Below the pieces are notes generated by a model. It was not told where the DNA came from and ran no database searches. It was given only the letters and a program-made list of their open reading frames with translations. Source: Candidatus Sumerlaeia bacterium (GTDB lineage: Bacteria > Sumerlaeota > Sumerlaeia > SLMS01). Taken from it: a DNA stretch of 29,534 nt. The position numbers and the translations under genes were made by a program. This document shows, in pieces, positions 28,697 through 29,534 of this stretch. Positions within the stretch are counted from its first letter, which is position 1; each line of letters starts with the position of its first letter. The DNA lies in the NCBI GenBank assembly GCA_038208905.1, contig JBBQYG010000035.1:1-29534 (forward strand). Direction: 5' to 3'.

Positions 28697-29534
28697 ATGC
28701 CAAAGACCCGCGACTCAAAGGCCATCACCGTTGGAGTTTTCGCCGGTTGTCTGGCATGTATCCTTGCGGGTGCCCTCCTCAACCCTACGACTGGCGCGCG
28801 TCCTAACGCACCGACGATGGCCGCGCCCCCCTTCCGCTACTCTGCCCCTGACATTCCCCCTGCTCCGCCACCGATTCCTCCTCCCGAATCCCTCGCGCTT
28901 TCCCACGAGGCGATTCTCGCTTGGACCGAGCTTGCTGGCTCCCGCCTGTTTGCCACAGGACCAACTGGCGTGGGAGGGGTCACGCCCGATGAAGTCCTCG
29001 CCGTTGAGAGACTCCTTGCCGAACCCAATGCCGCCGAGATCTTCGCCGCCCTGCTCGATCTCGAATCCCCCGTGCCGCGTCTATACGCGCTCTGCGGACT
29101 CTACTTCACCGACACCGCCCGCTTCCTTGTGGGCGTTGATGAACTGAGCCAGAGCCAGCAGATGGTCAACCGCCAGCGGGGCTGCATGCGATACTCGGAA
29201 GCCGTGGCCGGGATTGTTCGCTCCTCCAAGGCGATCCGGCTGCGCGACCGTACGCAATCGATCCACGAGTGGTTCGCCGAGAACCCCACTGTCACCGGCG
29301 TGTACTACGACATCGCCGGCGGCTGCCTCCCCTCGGAACTCCGCGAGTGGACCAGACGATCCCAGAATCCAAGGCTCAATTACCTCCCCCTTTCCCGCCG
29401 TTCCCGCCCATTCCCAGTTCCCGATTCCCCGGCCCCCATTTTTTTCTCATTTTCGCTCTTGACCCGCCCCCCCTTGGGAGGGCCTTTCACCCGGCGCCGT
29501 GCGGGTGGCCTGATGGCTGGGTTGTCTGGGCGGC
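28697..29534 (+). CDS. Hypothetical exported or membrane-anchored protein, open to the window end
   Basis: Hand translation: MPKTRDSKAITVGVFAGCLACILAGALL...Pro-rich linker...LFATGPTGVGGVTPDEVLAVERLLAEPNAAEIFAALLDLESPVPRLYALCGLYFTD...QRGCM...YDIAGGCLPSELREW. No stop in 279 codons, which is why the ORF track lacks it. Confidence 0.7.
   Translation, partial: MPKTRDSKAITVGVFAGCLACILAGALLNPTTGARPNAPTMAAPPFRYSAPDIPPAPPPIPPPESLALSHEAILAWTELAGSRLFATGPTGVGGVTPDEVLAVERLLAEPNAAEIFAALLDLESPVPRLYALCGLYFTDTARFLVGVDELSQSQQMVNRQRGCMRYSEAVAGIVRSSKAIRLRDRTQSIHEWFAENPTVTGVYYDIAGGCLPSELREWTRRSQNPRLNYLPLSRRSRPFPVPDSPAPIFFSFSLLTRPPLGGPFTRRRAGGLMAGLSGR
29385..29437. repeat. Degenerate TTCCC-based short repeats
   Basis: TTCCCGCCG TTCCCGCCCA TTCCCAG TTCCCGA TTCCCCG; similar to the array at 7697-7739. 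Confidence 0.5.

Overview
GC-rich bacterial chromosomal segment, mostly core genes with an accessory patch at the left end. Left end (1-2240): a conserved hypothetical gene cut off by the left end of a degenerate IS66-like element, an orphan hicB, and a DUF6883/DUF4926-like gene pair. The DUF4926-like gene is absent from the ORF track because a 144-bp hairpin element (outer inverted repeats ending in CTAG, inner GTAG-type REP doublet) interrupts it. Next come a PafA-type alkaline phosphatase and ppdK. The ppdK frame has no stop at its usual end and runs in frame into an 87-aa histone-H1-like Lys/Ala/Pro repeat protein that has its own strong Shine-Dalgarno and ATG. Then follow a lipoprotein, TPR protein, lysS, lolC/E-like permease, FAH hydrolase, GT-C-like membrane protein, CPBP protease, DUF4384/PEGA protein, deacetylase-GT4-thiL-larC(C-terminal half)-tmk operon, Ser/Thr kinase-WD40 protein, double GT4, and an ORF running off the right end. 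The most notable observations are the nested PPDK/histone-like gene, the REP-containing MITE in the putative antitoxin/immunity gene, and a recurring octamer GTATAGAC. I recognised no tRNA, rRNA or CRISPR array. All family calls rest on motif recognition by eye, not on database searches.
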